Shown here in pieces: positions 24,859-34,407 of a DNA stretch of 51,030 bases. The position numbers and the translations under genes were made by a program. Below the pieces are notes generated by a model. That model was not told where the DNA came from, made no database searches, and saw only the letters and a list, made by a program, of their open reading frames with translations. Source of the DNA: a virus; the IMG/VR virus record IMGVR_UViG_3300045988_128615, positions 1-51,030 of that record; one strand, written 5' to 3'. The number at the start of each line of letters is the position of its first letter. Positions within the stretch are counted from its first letter, which is position 1.

Positions 24859-24946
24859 TAATTAAAACCATTCCGCATCCGGATGCACTTCAATGGACAG
24901 ATGGAACATTATTCTGGCTATTAGTTTTCGTATCATAGTATATGCT

Positions 24947-27715
24947 TTACAAATTGAATATACAGTTATCTTCAACATAACTTAATTTTGTTAGATTGTT
25001 GATTTTTGAAAAAATCCCATCCATACTCTCATAGAAATATGAATTTTTATCATCGCTGTGCAAACGATTATCCTTGATACCGTATAGCTCCGAATCTATA
25101 AACTCTATGTCTGGTGTCGTTTCGTTATCCCACAACATGGAGGATGTGGTTTCCAGCCCATTATCTACAGCAACGAATGACCTATTGAAAACAACAGATA
25201 TATTGTCAGCCAATCTAAACAGAGTCGCCCCAAATTTATATACAGGAGCCTGTTTCCCTTCACTTTCCACTATAATTGTAGCGTTTTCAAAAACCACCTT
25301 TCCTGCATCTTTGTTCGCAGAGTTTTTATAAATAAGTAATGTCCCCATTCCTGTTCGACTCCTTATACGTATATTTTTTAAGACATTATAACCGATTGGT
25401 TCAGCGAATACAGGTTCATTCCAATTATTTTGCGGGGGATACAATGTTCCGAAAATACCTACTGCATGTAATCCCTGTGTACGTATGCAAATATGTCCAA
25501 CCTCCTTAACTCTTATATTCCTTAAATAATTCATTTGCGCTCCATTGGCACCGACAACCACATTAACACCCTCGCAGTAGCAGTCATACAGATACATGGC
25601 ATCGAAAGGCATCCCTGTTACCGAACTTGTGCCATGCCCGGCAAATGCAGTACCAAGATATTCATGTCTGCCTATGGCCTCACAACCGATAAATGCCAAT
25701 AGTTCTCCATAATAATGGTAATTATAATACATGTGATGATAATACTCTCCATTTGCTCCACTTCTTGATACTGCTCTGCAATTCAGCATCATGTGAGTAT
25801 GGGGAGCCGCAGACCTGTTAAACAGAAAACCATGTCTACCAAAATCCAAACTTTCTACCCCCTCATAAAATCCATTAGGAATAACAGCACCGTCTGTAGA
25901 GTCACCACCTCGAAAAACGATATTACGAATATCAGAAGCATATTGGGTGATTTGCAGTTTTTGTCCTTTTTTCCCAATCGCTGTCACTTCATGAGTTATC
26001 TCCACTATTTTTCCTGCAATATCGGTTGTTGATAAATATATATAATAATCCCCTTCCCCCCATGACTCTGAATCGTATCCGCTGAACCAATAGGAGCTAC
26101 CCGGATTGTTTTCTAGCCAGTCCATGGCATCCGAACTGGACTTTTTCTGTGCGTCAAGCCACCATCCATTTCTTTTCCCGTCTAAAAATACCTGACAAAC
26201 AAATCTGTCCTTGCTGCCCGAACCATAGTGATGCTTTAGAACATAAATGTTACTATAGCCGCGCAGTTTGTATAATTTATCCAAAGACTCAATGTCATTA
26301 ACAGAGCTAATATCTGATATAGATACGGTCGGTATTGTCTGCAAATTCAAAAACAAAGGTTTATCCTTGGACATGTCGCCATAACAATCCACTCTGATTC
26401 CTTCTTTAGACAAGACTTGTACCTCTGTATTAAATATACTTCCTCGTTCAATAAGGACCGTGTCCCCATCGGTCATCAGTTCATCGGCTTTATTCAAAGT
26501 CTTCAACGGAGTTGAGTCAGACAAACCATCATTGGTATCCAAGCCATTGGCTGTACTTACATAATAGGTCTTAGATAATGATGTTACGTATTTTTTTCTT
26601 TGATTATCCCTTAAGTAAAAAAATAAAGTCAATAAATCATCTTTTGCCATAAATGATCCGGCAGGATTAGTGCTCAAATTCACTGATGGCATAAACATTG
26701 AAGGATAACGGGTCAAATCCCCTACCAGAACATTCTCAGATGCATCCGATGGGGACAAGTCCGTATCATCAATTTTAGCGATCATCAATCTGCAATATTG
26801 GGTTTTTGTGGGAATGGTAGTATATACAGTATTCCAATTACCATCTTTTGAATTGAAAGACTCACCGGCAGGGTCATTATAAAACATGACATATATTCTA
26901 TAACCGGTCTTGATAATGATATCAGTTCCTGTATTAATTATCTTGGTATAGACTCTATTGGTCCCACCTGGTTGTAGTATACCGCTTTGCGAATTGATAC
27001 TCCCTTGTACGCACAATAGATCCTGTTTTTCCATATAATTGCCACCCTTAATCTCGGTTAGGTTGCGTTCCATTTCATTACTCAAATCATTGTATGATTG
27101 TGCAATTTGTTTTGTTTCATCAGTTATCTGTTCAACCGTTTTATTGAACATGTTGATATCTGGGCATAACGCCTCATTTTGATATAATTTACTTATAGTA
27201 ACCCGTTTCCCTGATTCTATATCTATAGTGGCTTCTTTAATCAAAGAAACCATGATACGAAATTTCTTATAAGATGTTGATGTTGTGCTTTTATCAGTTT
27301 TCCAATTGCCATCTTTAGCAGCAAAAGACCCATTTTCATTGTAATAAATTATATAATATCTATATCCACTTTCTATTGAAATGTCAACACCTGTATTTAT
27401 AAGATCTGAATGTATTCTTGTTTTGCCTCCCTCTTCAATAGCGCCAGTCGTAGTGGATATGCCACCTTGTCCCCATGATGTTACATACGTTTCGTTAAAA
27501 TCGGACCCTACAATTTTAGCTATTGTTTTATCTGTTATATGGTCAATCGTATTATAAATACCTTCTGTCTTGTTTTTAATAGAAGTTAATCCAACGTCTA
27601 AATCAGATATTTCCGTAGTCAAGCTCTTACGCGTCTTTGGATTGACCACCGCATCATAGATGGTAGCTGGGTAAATGGTTTGTCCGCCCTTCGTCAGTTT
27701 ATGCATTTTTACCAT
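24947..27715 (-). CDS. tail fibre / tailspike with duplicated N-proximal domains and C-terminal beta-helix domain
   Basis: 922 aa and the last gene of the tail operon. The N-terminus TIYPATIYDAVVNP is fibre-like. The beta-helix region is as in 23255..24784. Confidence 0.75.
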   Translation of the reverse strand: MVKMHKLTKGGQTIYPATIYDAVVNPKTRKSLTTEISDLDVGLTSIKNKTEGIYNTIDHITDKTIAKIVGSDFNETYVTSWGQGGISTTTGAIEEGGKTRIHSDLINTGVDISIESGYRYYIIYYNENGSFAAKDGNWKTDKSTTSTSYKKFRIMVSLIKEATIDIESGKRVTISKLYQNEALCPDINMFNKTVEQITDETKQIAQSYNDLSNEMERNLTEIKGGNYMEKQDLLCVQGSINSQSGILQPGGTNRVYTKIINTGTDIIIKTGYRIYVMFYNDPAGESFNSKDGNWNTVYTTIPTKTQYCRLMIAKIDDTDLSPSDASENVLVGDLTRYPSMFMPSVNLSTNPAGSFMAKDDLLTLFFYLRDNQRKKYVTSLSKTYYVSTANGLDTNDGLSDSTPLKTLNKADELMTDGDTVLIERGSIFNTEVQVLSKEGIRVDCYGDMSKDKPLFLNLQTIPTVSISDISSVNDIESLDKLYKLRGYSNIYVLKHHYGSGSKDRFVCQVFLDGKRNGWWLDAQKKSSSDAMDWLENNPGSSYWFSGYDSESWGEGDYYIYLSTTDIAGKIVEITHEVTAIGKKGQKLQITQYASDIRNIVFRGGDSTDGAVIPNGFYEGVESLDFGRHGFLFNRSAAPHTHMMLNCRAVSRSGANGEYYHHMYYNYHYYGELLAFIGCEAIGRHEYLGTAFAGHGTSSVTGMPFDAMYLYDCYCEGVNVVVGANGAQMNYLRNIRVKEVGHICIRTQGLHAVGIFGTLYPPQNNWNEPVFAEPIGYNVLKNIRIRSRTGMGTLLIYKNSANKDAGKVVFENATIIVESEGKQAPVYKFGATLFRLADNISVVFNRSFVAVDNGLETTSSMLWDNETTPDIEFIDSELYGIKDNRLHSDDKNSYFYESMDGIFSKINNLTKLSYVEDNCIFNL

Positions 27716-27781
27716 AATATCTCCTGTTTTAGCCTAAGTTCCGCCGGAACTTGGACTGTTGTTATTTTATGTAATTATTTA

Positions 27782-28213
27782 TTAACTATTAAAATCACTC
27801 AGCACATCATCATACTCCTGATCTGACAGAGATATGCTCTGCACCGCATTGTATGCGGCATAATCCGGATAGGGCATGTTCTCTGCTGTGCTCTCATCCG
27901 TCTTTCCGGTAGTCAGCACAATCCCTGTATCTTCAATAGATACAAGGTTGCAGATGCCATCCCTAAAGTCGGTATCAGAGATGAAGTATTCTCGCTTGAC
28001 CTTCAATATACCGGGGGAGAAACCGGGGTTATCAAAAGCAACAAGCAGACTGCCATCTTCCATACGGCTGCAACCCACATACTCTTGTCCGTCAAAGGAG
28101 GCTATAAACTTTCCCTTAAACGGATTGAAGTAAGTAAACCGGAAGGGAGTTGATATGTCTCCATTCAGGTTCTTCTCTATAATTTTAAAATCAGACTGGT
28201 AATTAATTTTCAT
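27782..28213 (-). CDS. hypothetical tail-fibre-module protein
   Basis: 143-aa ORF in the tightly packed tail operon. Confidence 0.6.
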   Translation of the reverse strand: MKINYQSDFKIIEKNLNGDISTPFRFTYFNPFKGKFIASFDGQEYVGCSRMEDGSLLVAFDNPGFSPGILKVKREYFISDTDFRDGICNLVSIEDTGIVLTTGKTDESTAENMPYPDYAAYNAVQSISLSDQEYDDVLSDFNS

Positions 28214-28215
28214 AG

Positions 28216-28554
28216 CTATAATATTGATGTTACATCATCTATCTCCTCGGCTGTCAAGATGCCGGAAAGGTCAACACTTCCACCGCCTCCGATTGTTCCT
28301 GTTTCGCTCCAAACACCTCTCGTCTTACATTGATACAGAGGACCCGGTATGGTATCCCCCACAACTGCCCAGTCACCCACAACAGGAGATGGGACAGCAG
28401 CCTGCAATGCTTCTACTGTCGAAAACAATCCCTTGTTGCGTATAGCGTTCTGCTTGACCTTCTCCACTTCAGTGGAGGTCTTGCTGAAGTTGTTGTTAAG
28501 ACGATCTACCGCCTCACTCCAAGTACCTGTTTTATTTATTGAATTAAGTTCCAT
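28216..28554 (-). CDS. hypothetical tail-fibre-module protein
   Basis: 112-aa ORF in the tightly packed tail operon. Confidence 0.6.
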   Translation of the reverse strand: MELNSINKTGTWSEAVDRLNNNFSKTSTEVEKVKQNAIRNKGLFSTVEALQAAVPSPVVGDWAVVGDTIPGPLYQCKTRGVWSETGTIGGGGSVDLSGILTAEEIDDVTSIL

Positions 28555-28565
28555 ATCACTTCATT

Positions 28566-30905
28566 TTATTTGGGCAACATGTTCTGATCCCATACAATCT
28601 CAGAACCTTTAACCATAATTATGCGTCCTCCCATTATCTGGGTCTGATATATATAACCGTCACTTCCTTTTTGCTCGACAACCATACTGTCCGGACGGAA
28701 ATATAATCTATCACTGCTAGAAGGATCGAACATGGAAATACTGGGAATCATCCCTCCAAGTCCGTACTGTAGGGAGATACTGAACAGTTCTTCCTCATTA
28801 TAATCATACATTCTGATAGACGGTACGGAATACTCATCCTCAGGGGATATTACGATCTTGTAACCATTGGATGATATGACATTGACAGTACCACTAAACT
28901 CTCCCTCTCCCTTTATCCATATATTGCCATCCTCATCAATCTTAAAATTTCCGTTAGGTGACTTTACATTTTTAAAGATTCCGCTTTCCGCATTGACTTC
29001 ACCTCTGAACTTGCCACCTAGAGCATAGATATATCCTCTTAAGAACACATCACCGCCATGAGTGGCAACGAAGTTCGCCATGTTCGCCCATTCCGCATCT
29101 GTGGGCTGGTAATTAGGATCATTACGGAACCTCATTACAGTCAGAATTGCCTGTTCAAGTTTTCCTCCTGCCCAAAACGCCACATCATCATCGTCATTAT
29201 ATATGCCGCTAACTCCGGCTGTGACCTTCTGTAACTTGCCATTCTTGTAATTACCCAGTTGGATCATATTGGCAAGTATCAAACCACCAAGGATATCCAC
29301 AGATCCATCCTTGATTGCGCTCGCGATATAATTGATTGACTGGAAACCGGCTGTTGCCTTGTCATTGTCAAGAATTGAAGGCTTCCAGTCAGTAGCGATG
29401 GCCCCACGCTCTAACTGAAGGTCACAAACGGTTGCGGTACCACTGATAAGAAATATACCACTGCCATTGAAGGTGATCTTATGGGTATATCTCTGATAAG
29501 AGGATGTGAGAGGTTGAGAAACACTGAAAGAACCGCACGAAACAGACACAGACGTACCTTTTGCTTTATAACTGATAACATAACTTTCTCCTTTGATTAA
29601 TGATACGGACTGGGACAAACTACCGATTGCGGCAGAGTACCCGGAGCCGGCATCACTGTCCGCAGATACGGTAGCCACTCCCGTCCAATATTCCAGTTGC
29701 TTGCTAAAAAGTTCGGTATCCGCCGATAGCTCGGTAGCGGCAGACAGGTCCTCTGTCTCATAATCTCCGGTAAACCCGGAGTTACGCAACAGATTGACCG
29801 AGCCGACAGCCGCATTGTCTATCGCATCCTTAGCCTCTTGGGCAAGATCTGCCGCCGCCTGTATCTCATCCGGAAGCCCTTCCATGTTACGCCATCCGGT
29901 GGAACCCTGCTCGATATGGAACATACCTTTGATATCAACACCTTTATCCTGAGTGTATTCCATGTAAGTGGTCCGGTCCCTGTCACCAATGTACGTATCT
30001 CCGTACACCTTCATTCGGGACTTGCCGGTAGATTTGTCAAAATCAAAAGATATAACGTCTTTCCCGGTCAAGGTAAAATCATTAATACCCTGATACATGA
30101 TGATGGACGGAGAAACTTCGTTCACCGAAGAGAGAATTATCGCCGCCTGTCGGATAATATCGGTCTTATGGCCTAATCCCACGATATCATCACCTGCCAC
30201 CGGAACATCGTTCTCGACATTAGGATCACACACGGTCTTGGACAGGTCTATATAATTCTCACCTACTGCTGTGACCAACCGCCAGTAATAGCGGTTGCCG
30301 ACATGATGCGAAATGCCTGTCTTGATATTGCACTCCTGTGCGATGGCGAGAGATCCCGGAGTAAACTGGTTCTCTATCTCAATTCCGTCTTCCTCTTCCT
30401 TGAAATAACAACGGTAGACATCATCCAACTCATCCACACGGTTGCATTTCATGCCTGCATGGGAAATCACCTGCTCGCCACCTACATACGTCTTCTTCTT
30501 TACTTCAAGCTCGTCAAAAACGGCTTTGACCTTGACATACAGATAATCGACAACAGCCTGTGACATACCGTTCTCAAGCACAGTAATTCCACTACCGTTT
30601 TTACCAATCAAAAGACCTTTCAAAAACGTGATCAGCTCATTGGCGATATCTTCTTTATCTTTACGAAGAAAGTATTTGGAAAGTTCCTCTATATTTGCAC
30701 CTCCCGATATGGCAACAACCCTGTCCTTATTGGTTCTTATGTAAATAGAAGGATTATTATCATCATTATGTATGTATATCTCTCCCTCATTCAACCCTTC
30801 CAGTCGCTTTTCAAATGACGGGGATATTTTCGGTATAATCGGATTTCCTTCATCATCCGTTTCCGAACCGTACCACAATATCTTTATAGGATGATTTCTA
30901 GCCAT
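28566..30905 (-). CDS. large tail/baseplate protein with a central carbohydrate-binding-like domain
   Basis: 779 aa. The segment LLRNSGFTGDYE..WTGVATVS..YVISYKAKGTSVSVS..CDLQLERGAIATDWKPS resembles CBM/galactose-binding-like modules of phage fibres. Confidence 0.6.
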   Translation of the reverse strand: MARNHPIKILWYGSETDDEGNPIIPKISPSFEKRLEGLNEGEIYIHNDDNNPSIYIRTNKDRVVAISGGANIEELSKYFLRKDKEDIANELITFLKGLLIGKNGSGITVLENGMSQAVVDYLYVKVKAVFDELEVKKKTYVGGEQVISHAGMKCNRVDELDDVYRCYFKEEEDGIEIENQFTPGSLAIAQECNIKTGISHHVGNRYYWRLVTAVGENYIDLSKTVCDPNVENDVPVAGDDIVGLGHKTDIIRQAAIILSSVNEVSPSIIMYQGINDFTLTGKDVISFDFDKSTGKSRMKVYGDTYIGDRDRTTYMEYTQDKGVDIKGMFHIEQGSTGWRNMEGLPDEIQAAADLAQEAKDAIDNAAVGSVNLLRNSGFTGDYETEDLSAATELSADTELFSKQLEYWTGVATVSADSDAGSGYSAAIGSLSQSVSLIKGESYVISYKAKGTSVSVSCGSFSVSQPLTSSYQRYTHKITFNGSGIFLISGTATVCDLQLERGAIATDWKPSILDNDKATAGFQSINYIASAIKDGSVDILGGLILANMIQLGNYKNGKLQKVTAGVSGIYNDDDDVAFWAGGKLEQAILTVMRFRNDPNYQPTDAEWANMANFVATHGGDVFLRGYIYALGGKFRGEVNAESGIFKNVKSPNGNFKIDEDGNIWIKGEGEFSGTVNVISSNGYKIVISPEDEYSVPSIRMYDYNEEELFSISLQYGLGGMIPSISMFDPSSSDRLYFRPDSMVVEQKGSDGYIYQTQIMGGRIIMVKGSEIVWDQNMLPK

Positions 30906-30907
30906 GA

Positions 30908-31768
30908 TTACACGTAATTTTCATTAACAAAAGCAGCTTTCGCCTTCTTATATTTCAACACATCGTCCTCTTCGGGATTAGTTAGTAAAAACGCGATTCC
31001 TGAAGAAGAAGTTGCGATCTCAGTTTTGCCTCCGATCCCAGCAATATCGTTTTCTCTAGGGCGTAAAGTCACTTTATATATAAACATCTGTTTCTTACCT
31101 ATTGTATCAATCTTTTCCGGAACAGAATCCCCTTCCCGTACAAACAAATTACCGTTTATGCTGACGTGAGAAAGGCAAAGTACCTTATTTATAAACTCCG
31201 CTATATAATACGGAACGCCACAACTTGTCCCGAAAACAAAATCAAATGTTTTATAAGGGAGAGAATACATTTCTATTATCTCCTGCTTCTGATTCACAAA
31301 CTGTTCGTTTTCAACTTTCAACTCCACCCCATCCGGCTTGAATCCTCCTATTATTCTGAACTGGAACATCTGCCGGACCTCATCAATCCAGAATATATTA
31401 TCAAACGCAGAATTATTATCTTTATGGGAATATTCAATCAGAATAGAATCACCTATATTCTCACACACGCAGAACTCCTCACATTCTTTATCGCCTATAG
31501 TTACTGTATATATCCCCTCCGAAGGAGATAATGAGGCATAATACATCTTAATGCTTTCATTTACATCATAAGTGAGCAGTGTTATCTTGGAGGAAATATT
31601 GCCGATCTTATCATTCAAATAAGCTGAAGGTTTTTCGCCGTTATCACAAAAGATTTGCAGCAGGATGTTGTCTGACACAGAAAATACTTGTCTGAAACAT
31701 CCTGCATTTGAATATTTATATTTCAGCGGTTTAAAGAATAACGGACAAACATCTCCGATTGATATCAT
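30908..31768 (-). CDS. hypothetical baseplate/tail protein
   Basis: 286-aa ORF preceded by the conserved late leader. Confidence 0.6.
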   Translation of the reverse strand: MISIGDVCPLFFKPLKYKYSNAGCFRQVFSVSDNILLQIFCDNGEKPSAYLNDKIGNISSKITLLTYDVNESIKMYYASLSPSEGIYTVTIGDKECEEFCVCENIGDSILIEYSHKDNNSAFDNIFWIDEVRQMFQFRIIGGFKPDGVELKVENEQFVNQKQEIIEMYSLPYKTFDFVFGTSCGVPYYIAEFINKVLCLSHVSINGNLFVREGDSVPEKIDTIGKKQMFIYKVTLRPRENDIAGIGGKTEIATSSSGIAFLLTNPEEDDVLKYKKAKAAFVNENYV

Positions 31769-31825
31769 AGTCTTTTCGTAAGTTTCTAGTAACTTGTGAC
31801 TTCACAAGCTTTCATTGCAAATATA
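31769..31825 (-). promoter_or_regulatory. late leader copy: TATATTTG box, CTTGTG-AAGT-CACAAG hairpin, AAACTTACGAAAAGACTATG
   Basis: Read on the minus strand. The -7-type box is at 31818-31825, the hairpin at 31793-31808, and the conserved 20-mer abuts the ATG. Confidence 0.5.
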
Positions 31826-31844
31826 ACAATTAAAATTTGAATCT

Positions 31845-33842
31845 TTATAACGAATTAAAATTTTTCACGATCAAAGTTACCTTTGAACTTTGTGATTTTG
31901 TAAAATTGTAATCAGCCTGCTGATAATATCCCTGTACAACTTTGCCTTGGTATTCCAGTTCAACAATTCCTGTAAGATCTTCCGGGAGTTCCACATCCGA
32001 AGTCTCAAATTCCACCTCCGCCACAGTAAACATCCTTTTTGAAAGAATTATATCCCTACTTTCCCCCATTCCATCAATACCCACATCACTATTACCATCT
32101 GATGACGCAAAAGTAAGCATCTCAACAGATGAGCCGATGTATGCTTCATTGGCCAAAACCATAGAAGAAGGGGAAAACATGGCATTGAACATTGTGTCAG
32201 GGCTGAGAACGCCACCCATAAGATAATCTCTGTTCAATATATACTTAAGTCCAGATGAATCAGATTTCACCCCTACCATAAATAAATCAGTGTCACTTTC
32301 GTTGTCTGTAGTATCTTCACCTATTTTGTCAGCAAGGAACTCTATGCCGTATGCGTCCGCACGGTATGGAGATATCATTTCAAGGCTATTGTCCGTCATG
32401 GTCACGCCTGTGGTATATTCATTCGTAAAACGGAACTCATCCTTTCCATTAGCCGTGTCGTAATCCTGTTTGTCAAAGCCTATCCGTATCCGAGAATACA
32501 CCAATGCAGAATTAACCTTCATCTCATAATCAGATAAATCATCTATCCTTTTGACAACATCATCCGAGAAGTATTTGCTTCTATGCCGGAAAGTTACTGT
32601 ATTCCCGGATATGTCGTAAGCATAACCAAACACGTAACTCATCCAGTTTGCAAATTTGGTGAAGGATGTATATATTTTGGCTCCAGGAATCTTACGGGCT
32701 GATTCAGCCGCCAAGAGCATACAATTATCAAGCCTTCTATCTCCTGTCCCCTCAATCACTCCAGTCAAACCATCTTTCTCTCCATTAATACTTTTAAGCA
32801 ATCTGTTCAGCAATGTATCGGGCTTTATAACATCCATCTCAACAGGGTTTATTCGATTTTTCCATGATGCTTTAAAATAACTTGATGTTGAGACTTTGTA
32901 TGGCAAATCCGGCAATACAGGTACAATCTCTTCTTTCTCATTGACATACATAGCTCTCACTATTATTTTATCATTATGCAAAAGACTTATATTGTACGAT
33001 TCCGAAACCTTCTTTTCCACTGGCGTTTCTGATTCTGTCGTAAGTTCAAAACTTCCTATCACCGTTTCCGTAGTCACCGCTTCCCCATTACTATCAATCT
33101 CATTACTTATCTTCATAATCTGGAGCCTCACACCTCTTACATCATATCCCAAAGCACCAGACTGATATTTCCTAAACACAAACATATCAATATTAAACTC
33201 TATATTTATCCTAATTGATTTCAGGGCCTTTATCGAATATACATCATCACCACCTACTGTTTGATCATTAAATTCAAGAGACCCCTTTATTAAGGAATCA
33301 CTGGCAGTTATATATATTGGCATTGGTGACATTTTCTTGCTGAAATAAACATTAATAAGAGTGTCATCGTCTTCCAATGTATCACCTGTAGGAATCCATT
33401 TTGCTGATTCTGAAAGTTCAAGTCCGTCATAAACAAGAGGAATGGGGCTTTTCACCTCTTCGACCGAATATTCATATTGAGTTCCTTTTTTTGACTTTAT
33501 CATGGACGCCACGCTATCATCCACGGCATTTATCTGTAAGATACGACCATTATCCTGCAATGTAGAAAAATTGAGAGCGCAACTAAACCGTTCATTATAC
33601 AACCAACTGTTATTTCTTGTACTTATTATTATTGAGGCAGAAGCATTCAAATAATCTTCATCATATTGTTTTAACAGCAATTTTCTAGCATCCCCAGCAA
33701 AAGAAAATTTGTTGGAAAATGTACGGATAACACCGTCATAGTCATTTCTCTTGAAACTAGCCTTCACCTCGTCCCAATTTTCAAGATCATCAGTAACCCT
33801 GTACTTCAGACCATTTATAAGTAACTCACATCGATAATACAT
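31845..33842 (-). CDS. large tail protein (distal tail / hub candidate)
   Basis: 665-aa ORF, second gene downstream of the tape measure. Confidence 0.55.
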   Translation of the reverse strand: MYYRCELLINGLKYRVTDDLENWDEVKASFKRNDYDGVIRTFSNKFSFAGDARKLLLKQYDEDYLNASASIIISTRNNSWLYNERFSCALNFSTLQDNGRILQINAVDDSVASMIKSKKGTQYEYSVEEVKSPIPLVYDGLELSESAKWIPTGDTLEDDDTLINVYFSKKMSPMPIYITASDSLIKGSLEFNDQTVGGDDVYSIKALKSIRINIEFNIDMFVFRKYQSGALGYDVRGVRLQIMKISNEIDSNGEAVTTETVIGSFELTTESETPVEKKVSESYNISLLHNDKIIVRAMYVNEKEEIVPVLPDLPYKVSTSSYFKASWKNRINPVEMDVIKPDTLLNRLLKSINGEKDGLTGVIEGTGDRRLDNCMLLAAESARKIPGAKIYTSFTKFANWMSYVFGYAYDISGNTVTFRHRSKYFSDDVVKRIDDLSDYEMKVNSALVYSRIRIGFDKQDYDTANGKDEFRFTNEYTTGVTMTDNSLEMISPYRADAYGIEFLADKIGEDTTDNESDTDLFMVGVKSDSSGLKYILNRDYLMGGVLSPDTMFNAMFSPSSMVLANEAYIGSSVEMLTFASSDGNSDVGIDGMGESRDIILSKRMFTVAEVEFETSDVELPEDLTGIVELEYQGKVVQGYYQQADYNFTKSQSSKVTLIVKNFNSL

Positions 33843-33844
33843 AA

Positions 33845-34405
33845 TTATTTCATTTTACGATTCAACCCATCGATTTCGTCACATGTCTGCCTTACAAGAC
33901 AGGCATAAGATCCGGCGGTCCATTCTTTCAGATTGATATACATCTTATTATACTTCCCAATAGCGACAACTTCATTTATAAATCCACGTTTTGTAGGCTT
34001 CTCCTTCAGTTCCTCATTCTTTTCCTTACTTATCTTATCCAAATCATATTGTGCACGGGAATTTAATGCGGATATTCTAGCATTCATAGCCATTACATCA
34101 CCTTTTTTACACGAATAACCTATCTTCATCAGAATATCACGCACCTCATCATACATTTTCAACTTCATCATGTTCTCACATGCCTTCATGCACTCCACAG
34201 TCATTGCAAGATTCATACGCTCATTACAATTCAATATCTCAGAGAACAACTGTTTGCTCCCGGCAATTTCTACATAGTCATTGATAATTTTTGCCGATAC
34301 AGCCCCTTTGTCCTCACCGTCAAATTCAATAGTATTGCTATCATTGGTATAAATCTCTATAAAAACGGACAAGGGAAGTTCATATATGTCACTTGTATAC
34401 CTCAT
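33845..34405 (-). CDS. hypothetical tail protein
   Basis: 186-aa ORF immediately downstream of the tape measure gene. Confidence 0.55.
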   Translation of the reverse strand: MRYTSDIYELPLSVFIEIYTNDSNTIEFDGEDKGAVSAKIINDYVEIAGSKQLFSEILNCNERMNLAMTVECMKACENMMKLKMYDEVRDILMKIGYSCKKGDVMAMNARISALNSRAQYDLDKISKEKNEELKEKPTKRGFINEVVAIGKYNKMYINLKEWTAGSYACLVRQTCDEIDGLNRKMK

Positions 34406-34407
34406 AA

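Noticed and set aside
23255-26570. Crossover (inverted-repeat) sites for a Mu G-like inversion between the two beta-helix genes
   Set aside because: I aligned the homologous 5' regions (23255-23400 against the reverse complement of 26440-26566) codon by codon. The longest identical run is about 9 nt (GAGGAAGT region), and no 12-30-bp inverted repeat was seen. Inversion remains a hypothesis only.
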